A stretch of 64,000 nt of DNA. It comes from Lepidodermella squamata (Eukaryota > Animalia > Gastrotricha). Below, one piece after another: positions 1 to 13,182 of the stretch. The translations under genes and the position numbers were made by a program. Positions within the stretch are counted from its first letter, which is position 1. Each line of letters opens with the position of its first letter. The notes beneath the pieces are model-generated. The model was given only the letters and a program-made list of their open reading frames with translations. It searched no databases and was not told the origin of the DNA. The stretch is taken from NCBI GenBank assembly GCA_047495785.1, contig JBLDXI010000025.1:2356001-2420000 (forward strand). Direction: 5' to 3'.

Positions 1-1229
1 GCAAGCTATTCATCTACGGCGGTTGCCAAGGCAACAGGAATCGCTTCCTTAATGAACAAGACTGCAAGGCGAGTTGCGCTGGTCGGGTTCTACAACCAAG
101 AGTCACCTTTAGTAAGATTTGCAATTTTTTAGAATTTTTACTGATTTTTTCTATATTTTAGACCCAGCTTGTGGGAAATTGCCAACGACTAACTGCAATC
201 TTTGGGATTTCTTCTCTACGATGAAATACTATTATGACACGTCAACCAGGAAGTGCCAAACAACTAGGTCATGCTCGAGACCTAATTACGGAATGGGCTT
301 CAATCAAGACCAGCGCGAAGATAATTTGTTCGACTCGGAATTCGAGTGTCTGCAATACTGTTTAGAAACGAAGTTGTACCCAGCCTTTGCTTACTCCCCT
401 TCTCAACAAAATCTTAAAACCTCTGCAAACGTTAATGTCCAACCTCAGAGACAGGTCTATGTACCCCCGCCTATGCTGGCCGTAGCTCCGCCGTCACCAA
501 CACCGGTTTACACCATAGCCCCTATGCCTCCGCAGCAAAATTCGCTCAAAACCTACGTCCAACCTTCGAGTCTCATTTCACCACCTCAAACGCTACCTAT
601 CGATCAGCAACCTCGACCTTCGCAACTATATCCATCGCTTTACGAGCCTCAGAGAACTAGAATACAGGTTGGAGATATGTGAAGTTTTTGAGGATTGATC
701 TAATTTCTTTCTTTAGACTCAAATGCCGACCTTGTTGATCACCATTACGCAATCTCCAATGGGATTCGGTAGACCGTTTCCACCTGTTACTACAACAACT
801 CCTGCTCCGTTCGCGAACCGTCAAACTACGAAGAGTCCATTCGTCGATCCTAACCTGAAGCCCATTGCAGAATGGGGTAAAACAGCAGGATCACTACTTC
901 CACCGAGAATTTCCGACTACCTCTCAACCGAAAGACCTCGTTCAAACGTGCTAGGCGATGATACCTATGTTGAAGTTGACTACACTTGCTACGGCGATTT
1001 GCTGGAGCAATTCGTGCAGAATTCAGCCTCAGAATGCGCGAAACTCTGCGATGCGTACAACATGTACGGCTGTAACGCTTTCACGCTGAAGGATGGCGTC
1101 TGCTTCTTGCAAACCGGTTGCCCAGCTGATACTACGCGCATGAATTTCGACGAATTCGGCTACTACCTCGGCAACGATTTCGACTCACGGAAAGGAACGT
1201 CCTGGATTAGACGCCGCTTACAAAAATAA
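1..1229 (+). CDS. Kunitz x2 + PAN/Apple domain protein (5' partial); exons <1-111, 162-667, 717-1229
   Basis: Window opens in a Kunitz C-terminus (KLFIYGGCQGNRNRF...C...C). A second Kunitz-like domain, a Pro/Gln-rich linker and a PAN-like domain (ECAKLC...CNAFT...C.L...C) follow. GT-AG introns 112-161 and 668-716 join the frames. Confidence 0.8.
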
Positions 1230-1653
1230 CGCACATTTTTTTCTCGCATCCATCTCTCAAATCTTGTTACCTATGTCTTTTCCTCTGATTTTATTATATT
1301 TTTTCTTTTTTTCTTGATTGAGTGCTTCGCCCGGTTAAATGAGTGTGAATAAAACCGCAAAGTGCACGCATCTTTTGTCCAGTGTTTTTCGCACCGCCGC
1401 ATTGGGTTGTTTTCTTATCGCGATAAGATGACCGTGATGATGCGAGCGAGAATCTCATCACGATCTAAACGCACCGCCGGCGCGCTCTTCAAAGTGAAAT
1501 TGTTCACGAAAAAAACACAACAATCTTAATTAATAGATGAGCTCTCGAGCCAAATAGCCCGAGGCGATGGCGGAGATGATGATGATGGGGGTCGCCCTCC
1601 TGCACTTGAACCCATTGTTATTTACTCGTCTTCACGTAAAACCCACCTTTATC

Positions 1654-2407
1654 ATGAACTCTATCGCCGTTGCTATATTGATTATCACCCTGGTAAGATT
1701 ATAACGGCTGATAATGTCATATATTGATTCATTACCCGGAAATTGTGTAGGAACACGTGCATGCAGCACCTTGGTATGACCTGCGAAAGTCATACAGAAA
1801 GCTGCAATACCACTGTGGCACGGAGTTACAATCAGATTATCCGATCTCCAGTGTTGAAGAATGTGCCCTTCTTTGCGATAGATTCGAGCTCTGCACTGCC
1901 TTTTCATATTTCGCGGATCTTGGAGGCCGTTGCTCTTTAAGGACTAAGTGCTCTACAATTTCCGGAGGAGCCGCTGGTACCCAGGGCCAACAATCGTGGC
2001 AAAGACTGGATTCAATCGAACCGGAAACTACGACTAAAGGAACTACGACAAGAGGCCGGATGTTCCCTCTGTTTTTTCAAGGTGGATTGCTGCAAACGCC
2101 TCGAACTACGACAATTCCAGCCCCAGATGACGTAATCACAGCTTATATGGAGTCACAATTTCGCCGAATCACGCCCGGCTTCAATTGCGATAATCAGCCA
2201 GCGCTTAGGAGCTACACGAAAGTTCCAGATGCTCAATATTGCGCTGAAATGTGTCACAACTCTGGAACAATAGCCGATAGGCCGCGATGTTACGCCTTCA
2301 TTTTCGAGAAAAGTGACTTGTACACAAGATGTGAAATTTTAGGAGCTTGTAACTTGATTTCTGGCGATGGTATTCGACCAACTTGGGTGCGATTCACAAA
2401 TTTTTGA
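1654..2407 (+). CDS. Secreted protein with two PAN/Apple domains; exons 1654-1692, 1751-2407
   Basis: Signal-peptide exon MNSIAVAILIITL, then a 58-bp GT-AG intron, then two C...CxxxC...C.AF.(Y/F)...C...C domains separated by a Thr-rich linker. Confidence 0.8.
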
Positions 2408-2602
2408 TTACTCAGTCGTTTTTTTTACAATAAAACTGTTGTTGATGAAGGGTGATTAAGTGTAATGAGATGACCCATTAAAGCGGGGGAGCAAATTTCG
2501 TTCATGCAAACTAGCGGCATGATACAAACAACAAGAAATTCTCACCTGGAACACGGCAGCTTGTAATACAGAGTAAACCACCATTAACAAATAACATGCA
2601 TC

Positions 2603-4101
2603 ATGAGTGTTGACCACATAATACTGGCTATGTTGTACTCGTTAGGACTTATTCTATTGTGCTCTGCAATCACCGTCGGACAATTACCGCCTTTTGAAAA
2701 GGAATCTCATTGTCGGCAGGAAAAGGACACCGGGCCTTGCCGGGCGTTTATCGCTAGGTACTACTACGACCCAATCATCCAGAACTGTCGGCAGATGATC
2801 TATGGAGGCTGCGATGGAAATCGAAATCTTTTCCTTACCTTGGCTGATTGTCTAAGTGCCTGCTCTGGCATTAAGGAAGACGGCACCTCGTTCAACGATG
2901 TTCGAAGTATACCAGCTAGTACTGATCTATCAATTGAGAAGAGATGCATGAGGCCACCTTCTTCTGGCTGCTCGCCTTATGCCTATATTATGCTACAGAA
3001 ATTTTACGTAAATCTGGCGACTGGGCAGTGTGAGGGCGATTTTTACTGCAGTGTTGACCATCAATTCGTTGGGTTTGATACCATGCTGGAATGCACCCTT
3101 CGATGTACCAAAGTCAACGAAACTGCGGCCTTGAGCAATTCATATCTGCCCGTCAATGACAGACCTTGGATTCCGTCATCAGGTAAAAGGATTGATTCCC
3201 AATTTCGTCGATTGCCCTCAACTTCTTTCCTATTTTTTCAGACAATTCATTAGGAAATTACTTCCGACTCCGATATTATTGCGCATCGCCAATCCCGATG
3301 TCAATTGGAATCAAAACGTTAACACCGAGAGATTGCGCAAATTATTGTGACGCTGATATGAATTGTAATGGATTCACGTACTTTGTCGATACTAACGCTT
3401 GCGAGCTGCAAAGTAACTGCACCCAATCGAATAACATAACGAAATCCAGACTACCAGCTACAGCTCAATCGTGGAAAAAATTAATTCAAATTTACCCGAC
3501 AACCCAACCGACTACAACGGTCGAATTCGCAACTGATGCCGATACTTTGGAGTACAACACGATTAATTACCAACCTCTTACGGCTCATTGTGGCCGTGAG
3601 TTCATTTCATGGGTCATGGTGAACAAGGCTCACGACTGCATGAACTCCTGTGAGATGCGCCAGCCTGAATGTTCGAGTTTTTCATACTATATAGCAACTG
3701 GGAAGTGTTCCCTAAGAACTAATTGTTCGGCGTTAACTTCCTCGCCGAAATCACTGGGCGATGAGGCTTATTTGAGAATCGCACCTATCACAACATCTAA
3801 AGCGACTACTACATCTACAACAGCACCAAAGCCTTTGGTTACTATTCAAACTCGAATCTCAACAGTTAGTAGTAGGACTTTTGTCGCAGTTACATATCTC
3901 TGCGATACGTCTTCGATAATAAAAGGAATGGCCATGGTTGGAACTTCAACGACTTGTGCGGAATTGTGTGCCGCGGAAAGGTTTAGCTGCTTGGCCTTCA
4001 CGTATATCGCGAACTCGAAAAGGTGCGATCTTCATGCTACGTGCTCGCCCCGGAGTGAAGCTCCTCCCCTCTCGGCCGCGTCGTACATTAGAATCGACTA
4101 A
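2603..4101 (+). CDS. Secreted Kunitz x2 + PAN/Apple x3 protein; exons 2603-3182, 3242-4101
   Basis: Signal peptide; canonical Kunitz domain (DTGPCRA...YGGCDGNRNLF, P1 = Arg). The 59-bp intron 3183-3241 joins in frame to ORF 3298-4101, which has three PAN domains. Confidence 0.85.
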
Positions 4102-4556
4102 GCTAATCCCATTTATTTTGTTAATAAAAAATGGCACGGAGATGCAATCTTTTTCACTATCACGTGTTTGCCAACACGTCGAGCCGGAGTTATCAGGAGT
4201 TAATTAGTTTTTTCATCTCCTTAAGATTAAACATAGAGGAGTTGATTGGTTTTTTCTAGACTTGCGATAAGCGCTTTCACTTGGCTACACGTGTAGAAAA
4301 AGCGCGGCATAAATTAAAGGTTTTTCACACTCGTGAGTATAATAAAGAAGCGCGCATGGCCGACAACATTAAAGCCACCTTAATACACTGACAAGTTAGC
4401 ATGTGTATTATGCATGTGTTAATTCTAAATGGCACCGGCCAATAATGCCGCCGTTGTCTGTTTAACATGGCAAACTATCTGTTGTAGCTGGTCAAGAAGT
4501 TGACAGCTTTTTTTGTTGCCACCTTAAGTTTTTCACTGCCCACGCGGCTGTTTACA

Positions 4557-5958
4557 ATGGCGACGAGCATTAAGGTAGGCGGCGAGGTGCTTTTCCTTAT
4601 ACTGATTACATCTGCTCGCTTTAATTGGGCTAGCTCTCAATTACATGGCTAATTTTCGTCACGGAAGTCTACTGCGCCGATTGGAGCGAGAAATATTTTC
4701 GTTTCTCAGGTACGTCTAGACAAAACATCCATTAAACGTGACCTTAGAAGTGATTCTCTAAATAGATCCTCTCATTAACTATTCCCCTCTCAACTATCAT
4801 TGCGGGGTGTCTTATTTGAGCAATTTCTACCCTGGATCCTCGCCACGTGACTGCGCTTTCTGGTGCGAGGAACATGCCGATAAATGTGATGGCTTTTCCT
4901 ACTTCCAACACTCAGAAGTTTGCGAGCTGAAAAGCAACTGTTCAGCGGTTTCTCTGGGAGAACTTGTAGCTGGCGCACAATCTTGGCATCGGATCAAAAA
5001 TCAATTCATCCTAATTTCGATACCTACATCCAGGAAGCAACAGGTAACAACCCCTAGTGGGCAAACGGTACATCCTCAATGGGTGAAACGCGAGCCTACA
5101 GTGCCATGGGGCTCCTGGACCGATTATTGGATCATCGATAGGTGGGAGCGGAATACAACCCCGGCGCCTAGGATAGTAACTAGGTCGACTACAACACCAT
5201 ATCCGACTGAATCGCCATTCATCGCCTTTTTACTTCGGTCCTTGAATATAGGCCTGAAAGATGACATTGGAGCACCGATCATCCAAAGCCCGCCCCAACC
5301 TTCCACCCTAATTTCCGCCAGTGTTTACATGCCGACGCCGAAAAATTGTGGCCGCGAGGTGTTCACTAAGTTGGGGGTGGCTAATTTCAAGCAGTGCCAG
5401 GATGCCTGCGAACGTAATCAACCAGCTTGTGATAGCGTTACTTACAACTCGGTTTATAAGACGTGTACCGTCCGAGAGGATTGTGTAGTCGAATCAACCT
5501 ATCCTCTTGCCGAAAATGAAGAGGCCTGGCTGAGGTATGCGAGAAGCCCCAGCAACGCCAATTCTGTAGTTTATCGGATTGTACCTTCACCAACCTCAAG
5601 AACAACAACAACTACCACTACTACTACAACTACACCAACTACTACGACCACCTCGAACGAATTTTTCGGTAATTTAGTCAGGACTAATCTACCTATGTTG
5701 CGAGGTGAAGATCGAAACTCAATTGTTACTCAAAATGGGTACAAATTTCTTAACATCGGCTATTTTTGCGATACAACTCCCTTTCGCGCCTTTGGCTCTG
5801 TGGAAAGTACAATAGCCTGTGCGAGGCTGTGCGCAATGGACCAGCCGAGATGTTCAACTTTTTCGTATTCATTCATTCTAAGGCGGTGTAACTTACAAAT
5901 GTCTTGCTCCAGAATGATGAGTACCGGCAGTTTTCTATCTTGGACTCGGGAGAACTGA
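4557..5958 (+). CDS. Secreted PAN/Apple x3 protein; exons 4557-4574, 4634-4709, 4766-5958
   Basis: Spliced N-terminus MATSIK|LSITWLIFVTEVYCAD resembles a signal peptide. Three PAN domains with Thr-rich spacers. Confidence 0.75.
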
Positions 5959-6429
5959 TCATTTGCACATTGCTTTTTTCAATAAATTTTTGTATGAAAC
6001 TAAAGGGATATTTTGCTACGCTTTTTATATCTGCGTGAACAATCATGGATAATGACATAAAGTTTTTATCATTTAAAACAATTGGGTTTTGTCAAAAAGA
6101 CTTGCGGTTTTGCTCTCGTCGGCTATTATACTCCATCTATGCTACTGTTTTATCATCTTGATAGCAGCGGCTCACATTATCACAGAGGCCCACGGGATTT
6201 GGTGCGCTGCTGCGGCTTGTGCGCACGTAATTGGTGTCAACTCGCGGCTGTGTGTGATGCGCACAACTCACGCGCATTTTGTGTTTACCACCTCATGATA
6301 AAGGCAGCAAAACAACCGCAAAGTCTCACTACCCACCGTGCGCGTGAAAAGTGAGTCGCTTGTCAAGTTTTTGTGACTTCCAAACATTAACGCATTAGAT
6401 AAAATGACTAGAACGTACATAACGGCACG

Positions 6430-9400
6430 ATGAATCTTGTTCTGCTAACTATCCTTCTCAGCAAAGCCAGTTTTTCTTCTGCAGTGGGCGTGGAAGCCGT
6501 TAAAAACGAATTCCCATTTTTGGTAAAAATAAATATTAATTTTTTATAATTTTTGCATTAATTTTCGAGTTTAAAGGTGAGATTGGAAATTTCTTATAGC
6601 CCTTCAAAGCATTTCGCGAACTGCGGAGCAGTCATTCTGTCGGATAATTTTCTTCTGACAGCCGCCCATTGCTTCTTCCAAAATGGCTTGAGGGCTTCGA
6701 GGTTAGTTCCGTCTTCATTTCGAACTGCATTACTAAGCAAATGATTCTAGGGCTCTATTGAATTTCGGAAATCATGACACAAATATCATCAATGAACCTG
6801 GTGAATTTTACAAAACGCTCGACCTCGTTTACGGCCTTAACGTTATGATTCATCCGAAATTCAACTCGAGTTCTTTTTACAACTACGATTTCGCTTTATT
6901 GAGGCTGTACGACGACCAACGGTTGACAAATTACACTTCGATGACTGCAGGCGCGGTCACACTGCCTAGTTACAACAAATGCAGCACGATTTACTCACCG
7001 TTAACGCGAGAAGTCGATACCTGTGTCGGGGTTATTGTTGTTGGCTGGTCGATAACCGGTAGATCTGTCTCGAAAACTCTGAAAAAGAGCCCCATGCCTG
7101 TTCAACCGTTTGAAAACTGCGAAAATTCAACCCGATCTTATTCAGAGGCGAAAACTTGCATTGGAAATGCGAAAGCTGGTCGAATCCCGGATGACGAAGC
7201 CTGCCCGGCGTTATGCACTCGGAATTCCTTGTCTTCTTCGCCCTTCTTATTAGGCCTAGCTTCCTATGGTAGCGGAAAATGTGGAACATTAGACGCGGAT
7301 GAGTCATTATCAGTCTACGCCAGAGTTTGTGCCGGCCTTCCGTGGATTAGAAAGCACATCGGAGGAGAAATTGAGCCAAACTTCGTCCAACAAAGATTAG
7401 TTGAAACTTCTAGCGTGGTGCAACCGGATACAACTATGCCAACGACTAGAGTAACTCCTAATTTCTGGCCTAATTTCTCTGCTCGGAAACTTTTCATCGA
7501 GGCTAATCACACCTGGAATTTCTTCGGGGAAACCATTCGGCCAGTTGTTACCCAGCCTGCTATGCCAGCACTTTTTGCTCAGTTTTTAAGGCCTGTTACC
7601 ACGAGATTGCCGATTCCTGAGGCCACAGTTGCTCCAAAGCCTCAAAACGACCTGGCATCACCTTCTCAGCCGAAAGGAAGATGCCTAATTCCTTTGATTA
7701 AAGACGTCGACTATGGCAACTGTGGTTTTGCAACCCGTTTTACTTATAACACGACTATGAAGCAGTGCATTCAATTTGTGGGCTGTTACAACCCGATGGG
7801 TAACAATTTCCCTTCACTGCCCGATTGTATCAGAGAATGCAATGTCAACATCGATTATGCCGTTATCCTTGCAATGTTGACCTCGGAAAATAACGACTTG
7901 CCACGGTCAAATGCGATTGATGACGCGGCAATTATTCCTAATAATACTGAATCACCGAAAATTCCGGTTTGCACGCTGTACCCTGTTGTAGGGGTTGATT
8001 TCGGGACTTGCCAGAGCGGTCAGTCGATCTCCAAGCGGTACTTTTGGAATAAAGCTACCGGGAAATGCGTCGCTTTCCCCGGATGTCCAAGTGATAACGG
8101 CAATAACTTTGAAAATCTGGATGAGTGCATCAAGTTCTGCCGCCCTCAGTCTGAAAGTAAGTCTCAAGACTCATGATTTTTTCAATCTAAAGTTTATTGC
8201 CATTTAGGATGCAGGAAGAGCATGTTGTTGGAAATGGATTTCGGCAAAAGCTGTGAAAATTCCGAGCGGTACTACTACAACACTGCCACGAATCAATGCT
8301 ACGGCTTTACAGACTGTGTATCAGCTGATAGCGAGCCCACGAGCTTCTCTACAAAATCTGAGTGTGATTTCGAGTGCGTCTTCCGGGCAGACCCTGAAGA
8401 GCTCAAATCAACTGCCTCAGACATGCAAATCCCCACGACCATTACTCCCCAATCCGAGCTATTTCAATTATTAACGAGGCAACCTTTGACAAACCCGACC
8501 ACATCCCCAACTACAACAACTGTTGCGACTACAACGGTTGTAAAAAGTGTTGAGCCAGACCCTAGATGTGCCCTCGTCCCTAAACGAGGCTTAGACTTTG
8601 GAAACTGCACCGGTGACAGTTCCTTAGTGCGATCCTACTGGAATCGAGCTAGGTACAAATGTCTCCTGTTCCGAGGCTGTGAAAATCCTGAAGGAAATAA
8701 CTGGGACGATCTTGACGAGTGCAAAGCGAAATGTGAAATTGGCGCTCTCGAAGACCTAAAAGCGTCAGAAGGCAACATTGAATTGATTGATAGACGTAAG
8801 TTGGTTTAATGAATTCCAACCCCTTTTAATGAACTGAATAGGCTGCTCTACTCCCTTGGTGAGAAACGTTGACTACGGTGGTTGTGAGAATTCTATTCGT
8901 TACATGTACAACGCAGCAGCGAAGCGATGCGTAAAATTCATGGGGTGTTACAACCCTGGCGGTGGCAATAATTTCAACAGCCTCGAGCAATGCGGCGAAT
9001 TTTGCATGACAAGCGAGAAGCGATTGGATGATTCAGATGAACAGCCGCTTGACATCGATTGCATGACGGCTCCACAGCAAAGTTTCGACTTCGGGACATG
9101 CAAAACGGTTCACAGGCGTTACTACTACAGCGCGACGAAGAACCAATGCATTTCTTTCCTTGGATGTCCAAAAATCAGTATTTGGAACAATTTTGCCACA
9201 AGGGAAGATTGTATAAGGGGATGCATGACAAATTGCACGACAACTGTTCTTGCCAAGTCGAAAGTGACAAGATCGTTTGTAACAACCACTGCAGTTCAAA
9301 CCACAACTTCTGATATTCCTTCAACTTCAACAACTGAACCCTCTACTACCACTACGACGAAACCTACTACAACCACTACCCGGGCGATTACGACTACTAC

Positions 9401-11124
9401 CTCTGCTACTACGACTACTACTACTGCTTCGACAACTTCAACCTCAACTACGACTACGACCATTACTCCGAAAACGACTCGGCTAAACTCACCGGCAAGT
9501 TTTACTATTCCGAGACGGTCTTCGACAAGTAAAGCTACAACCATACCTACGACTACGACTACAACTACGTCAACTACGACGACCACAACTCCGCAACCAG
9601 AAATGGAAACTACTGAATACGAGTGGGACATACTCAATGTTCCAACTACGACGTTCACAATACCTCCATTGATCGTCTCAGACGAGAGTAACAACGACCA
9701 GCTAAAGTATCTGATTGCCCCAAGTAAGCTGTTTGACCTATCTAAAGGGTGATTCATTAGTCTTAATTTTTATAGGATGTCAAACATTGCCGAGACGGGG
9801 TATTGATTACGGAGCCTGTAACAACGTATCCGGGCGAAGATTTTACTACAGCAAGACTGCTCAGATGTGTCTAGGGTTCATCGGATGTCCTAATCCGGAG
9901 GCTAATAACTGGGACACATTTGACGAGTGCCGTTCAGTTTGCGACCCAATCGTCGCAGTTGCACCTCCAGCGACAGAGAACTTGGATCGTAAGGCCTTTC
10001 AATGATCTTCTAGAATAAGTGACTTGAAGATTCGTTTTAGAATGCAAGCAAAAGCTACAGCGAGATGTTGATTTCGGACCTCTCTGTCTCACAAACTCGC
10101 GATTCACGTTCAACAACGAGCTTCAAAGGTGTGAGGCTTTCCTCGGCTGTAAAGTCGATGGATCTGGGAATAATTTCGAATCGTTGGAAGCTTGTAATGC
10201 CAAATGTCAGAAACCGCAAACCGGTAGTGTAGCTGTCATACCTGCCCCACCACCAAAAGGTAACTCATCCTAAAGTATTTGAACTTAATTGTTTCAATTT
10301 TTACCTAGAACCTTGCGTGGCACAGCTTCAGACTGGGGTGGATTTCGGCAATTGTGGGGCTGATAAGAGGTTTTCTTACAACCCTATCCTTCGAGAATGC
10401 ATTTCTTTCAATGGCTGTTCGAATCCTAATTCTGGCAACAACTTCGACTCAATCGAACAATGCCGAAAAATTTGCATGAAACGTGAGCGGAATCTCCCGA
10501 ATTTTTTTTAAATTAAACGTTATTTTCGTAGAAATTGGTGATACAACCACCGAAACCACGGCTGTTCAACCAACCGAGACCACAACTATCCCCAGCAATG
10601 TTGAAAGGTGCTCTCAAAGTCCGAAACGAGGCGTCGATTATGGAAATTGCGATAATTCAGTGATAAAATTCCGCTACTACTGGAATCGCCAGCAGATGAA
10701 GTGTCTCGGCTTTATTGGCTGCGAAAATAACGACACTAACAACTTCGACGACCCGAAGCAGTGCGAGGCCACTTGCAAATCAGTCACCCTGGTTACAACC
10801 CTACCTACAACTCTTCCGATCATCGAACGGACAGGCGCTAAAAGGAGTGCTGAAAAAACGGAACAAAGTAAAAATTCGATAAAAAAATTCGAAATTGTTT
10901 TTAAGGTGGAGTTTTGTACTTTAGGGTGTCTAATGAATATTCGACCTGGCCTAGACTTTGGCACGTGTCTTCCAGTTAAACGGTACACTTTCAGCCAGCA
11001 AATGGGTCGATGTGGAGTTTTTAATGGTTGCCCGAACGAGCAGAATGACGGCAATAATTTCCCGTCCGAAACCGCTTGCATCGCCGCCTGTATAAAACCT
11101 GGCAATTTGGTTGTGAAAACTTGA
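6430..11124 (+). CDS. Multi-exon secreted serine-protease homologue (inactive trypsin fold) with 11 atypical Kunitz-like domains and mucin-like Thr tracts
   Basis: Signal peptide; EFPFL, CGAVILS, TAAHC and YDFALL present; the GDSGGP position reads PDDEACP. Eleven six-Cys domains with D(Y/F)GxC...C..F.GC...NNF...C...C across ORFs 6758-11124, linked by short GT-AG introns (e.g. 8157-8207). 3' end uncertain. Confidence 0.75.
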
Positions 11125-11441
11125 TAAATTCAACGATGAATTATACTTCGCCCCAGTGAATTGTGAATTCTTTTCTTGAATAAAAAAAATAAATTATTAT
11201 CATCTATCGCCCTTGAAAATTCCCTCATTTTTTTTTAATTTAAACTCAGGTTTGTGGCTATGTAATTATTTATAATAATGGAGAAAATAAACGGAGATGA
11301 TGTGAAGAGGCTAATTGACTTGTTTTCTCGCAGCCGTTATAATATACCTGCCTGTCTGAGTATATTGCAGCCAACTATTATATAATTATCACACGAAACA
11401 AAAAACATAAGGTTTAAGGGCATTGACTTTTAATCGCACTA

Positions 11442-12954
11442 ATGAGCCTATTTGTCATCCGCAACCTGAACGCATTCTTCCTGGTCATCGCATTTTATTA
11501 CTACGCGGCTGCACTCGCACTTGAACCCGGCGCGTTTAGAGGTATAATTTGTAAACAATATTTTAATTAAATTTTTTAAAATTTCGAACAGAGGAAGAAC
11601 CGCCGCCGCCTCTCAATTATGACTTGGAGTTGGACGACCTGCCGCCGCCGATCGACAATTTGGAAGATGAACCGGCTACCCTTAAGCTGAAATCAGCCAC
11701 GCCCACCCCAGAAATTTCAACCAAACGAAGAAGTTCGACGGCAATTTTTTAGAAAATTGACTAATTATGTTCATATTTTATAGGTATCACGACGGGTATA
11801 TTTCTATGCATTGAATTTATGCTGAAATAATTTTAATGGGTTATAGGAAATTTTATGGTGATTACGTCCGAAGTCAAAAAAACGACGAAACCTTCGAGTA
11901 AGGAAATACCCCAAAAATTATGTTTTTAATAATTTATTTTACCAGGGCTCCAGGTGACCCCGAATTATTACAGCCGATTTTTATCATTTCGCAGACCCAG
12001 AAATGGTGAGCGTTATTAAGGATGCCTTTCTTTATGCTATCGGTTTAATTATTTCAGAATTATCTGAAGCTGATTCTACCGGCGATCAAACCACAACTAC
12101 AACGAAGAGTCCACCAATTACGAATGAAAAATCTACGACGACGAAAATCAGCTTGGACCCAAAATTATGCGCCAAAGAATTGGTACCTGGTTTGGACTTC
12201 GATAAATGCGGCACCGAGCGGAATCGATTCACCTTCAGCACGCTGATCGGAGGGTGTGTACAATTTGTGGGGTGCGCAAGGCCGACTGACGCTCTTAAAG
12301 GAAATAATTTCGACACTTCCTTAATGTGCCAAATGACGTGTATGGTGGCGAAACCTGGGCCGATTATTCTAGCTTTCACCTACGCAACAACTCCAGAGCC
12401 GAGAGGACCCCCAAGAAGCAAGTTTGAAAAATTTGAAATAATTTTCAAGTAAAATTATTTTAAGGTCGCAAAAAGTTAGGCAATTAAATAATGAAAACAT
12501 TATTGAAAATATTATTAATATTCCTAAATTTAAATGGTTAGAATTTTTTGAGAAATTTATTTTTTTTATGAAAAAATTTTGAAATTCAATTTTGAAATTC
12601 AATTTTGAAAATTAACTATTCACGCGATAGATAATTGAAATTTTTTATAAAATTTTTTTATTTTGAATTGAAATTAAATTGAAACCGACCATAATTTCTT
12701 TATTTAATTCGTTAAATTTTAAATTTTATATGCTAATTATATTTTCAGGGTGCTTCCGAATGATAATCGACGGTGTTGATTACGGTCGATGTGCAATGAA
12801 TGGCGCTATTGGAAATTTGATTCGGTACTTTTTCAACGCTGAAACAGCTCAATGTCTGCCATACCGAGGCTGCGCTTCAACAGACTTGACAACTAACAAT
12901 TTCAATAATGAATCATCATGCTTATCTTCTTGTTCCGCTTTTACGAGACAATGA
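11442..12954 (+). CDS. Multi-exon secreted protein with acidic/Pro-rich N-terminus and two atypical Kunitz-like domains
   Basis: Signal peptide MSLFVIRNLNAFFLVIAFYYYAAALA; domains CAKELVPGLDFDKC...CQMTC and CFRMIIDGVDYGRC...CLSSC. Middle exons not fully resolved. Confidence 0.65.
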
Positions 12955-13182
12955 TATATTTACGAAAAAACTGACAATATTATAAAATAATATAAGTATA
13001 TGCTGCAAAAAATACCTAGTTGTGAAATATTTTGAGAGTCGAGGTTAATACATGCACCGACAAGGTGATAATCCCAGGCGCTTATAGTAAGATGTAACAC
13101 GTCAGGACAGAATTTACAAGCATAAACATTTTATATTACCACGAATGTAAAGCTATTCTCTTCTAATTTTTCACGCTCCACA

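Noticed and set aside
9296-9757. Poly-Val ORF on the minus strand
   Set aside because: It is the antisense shadow of the Thr-rich (ACN) mucin-like tract.
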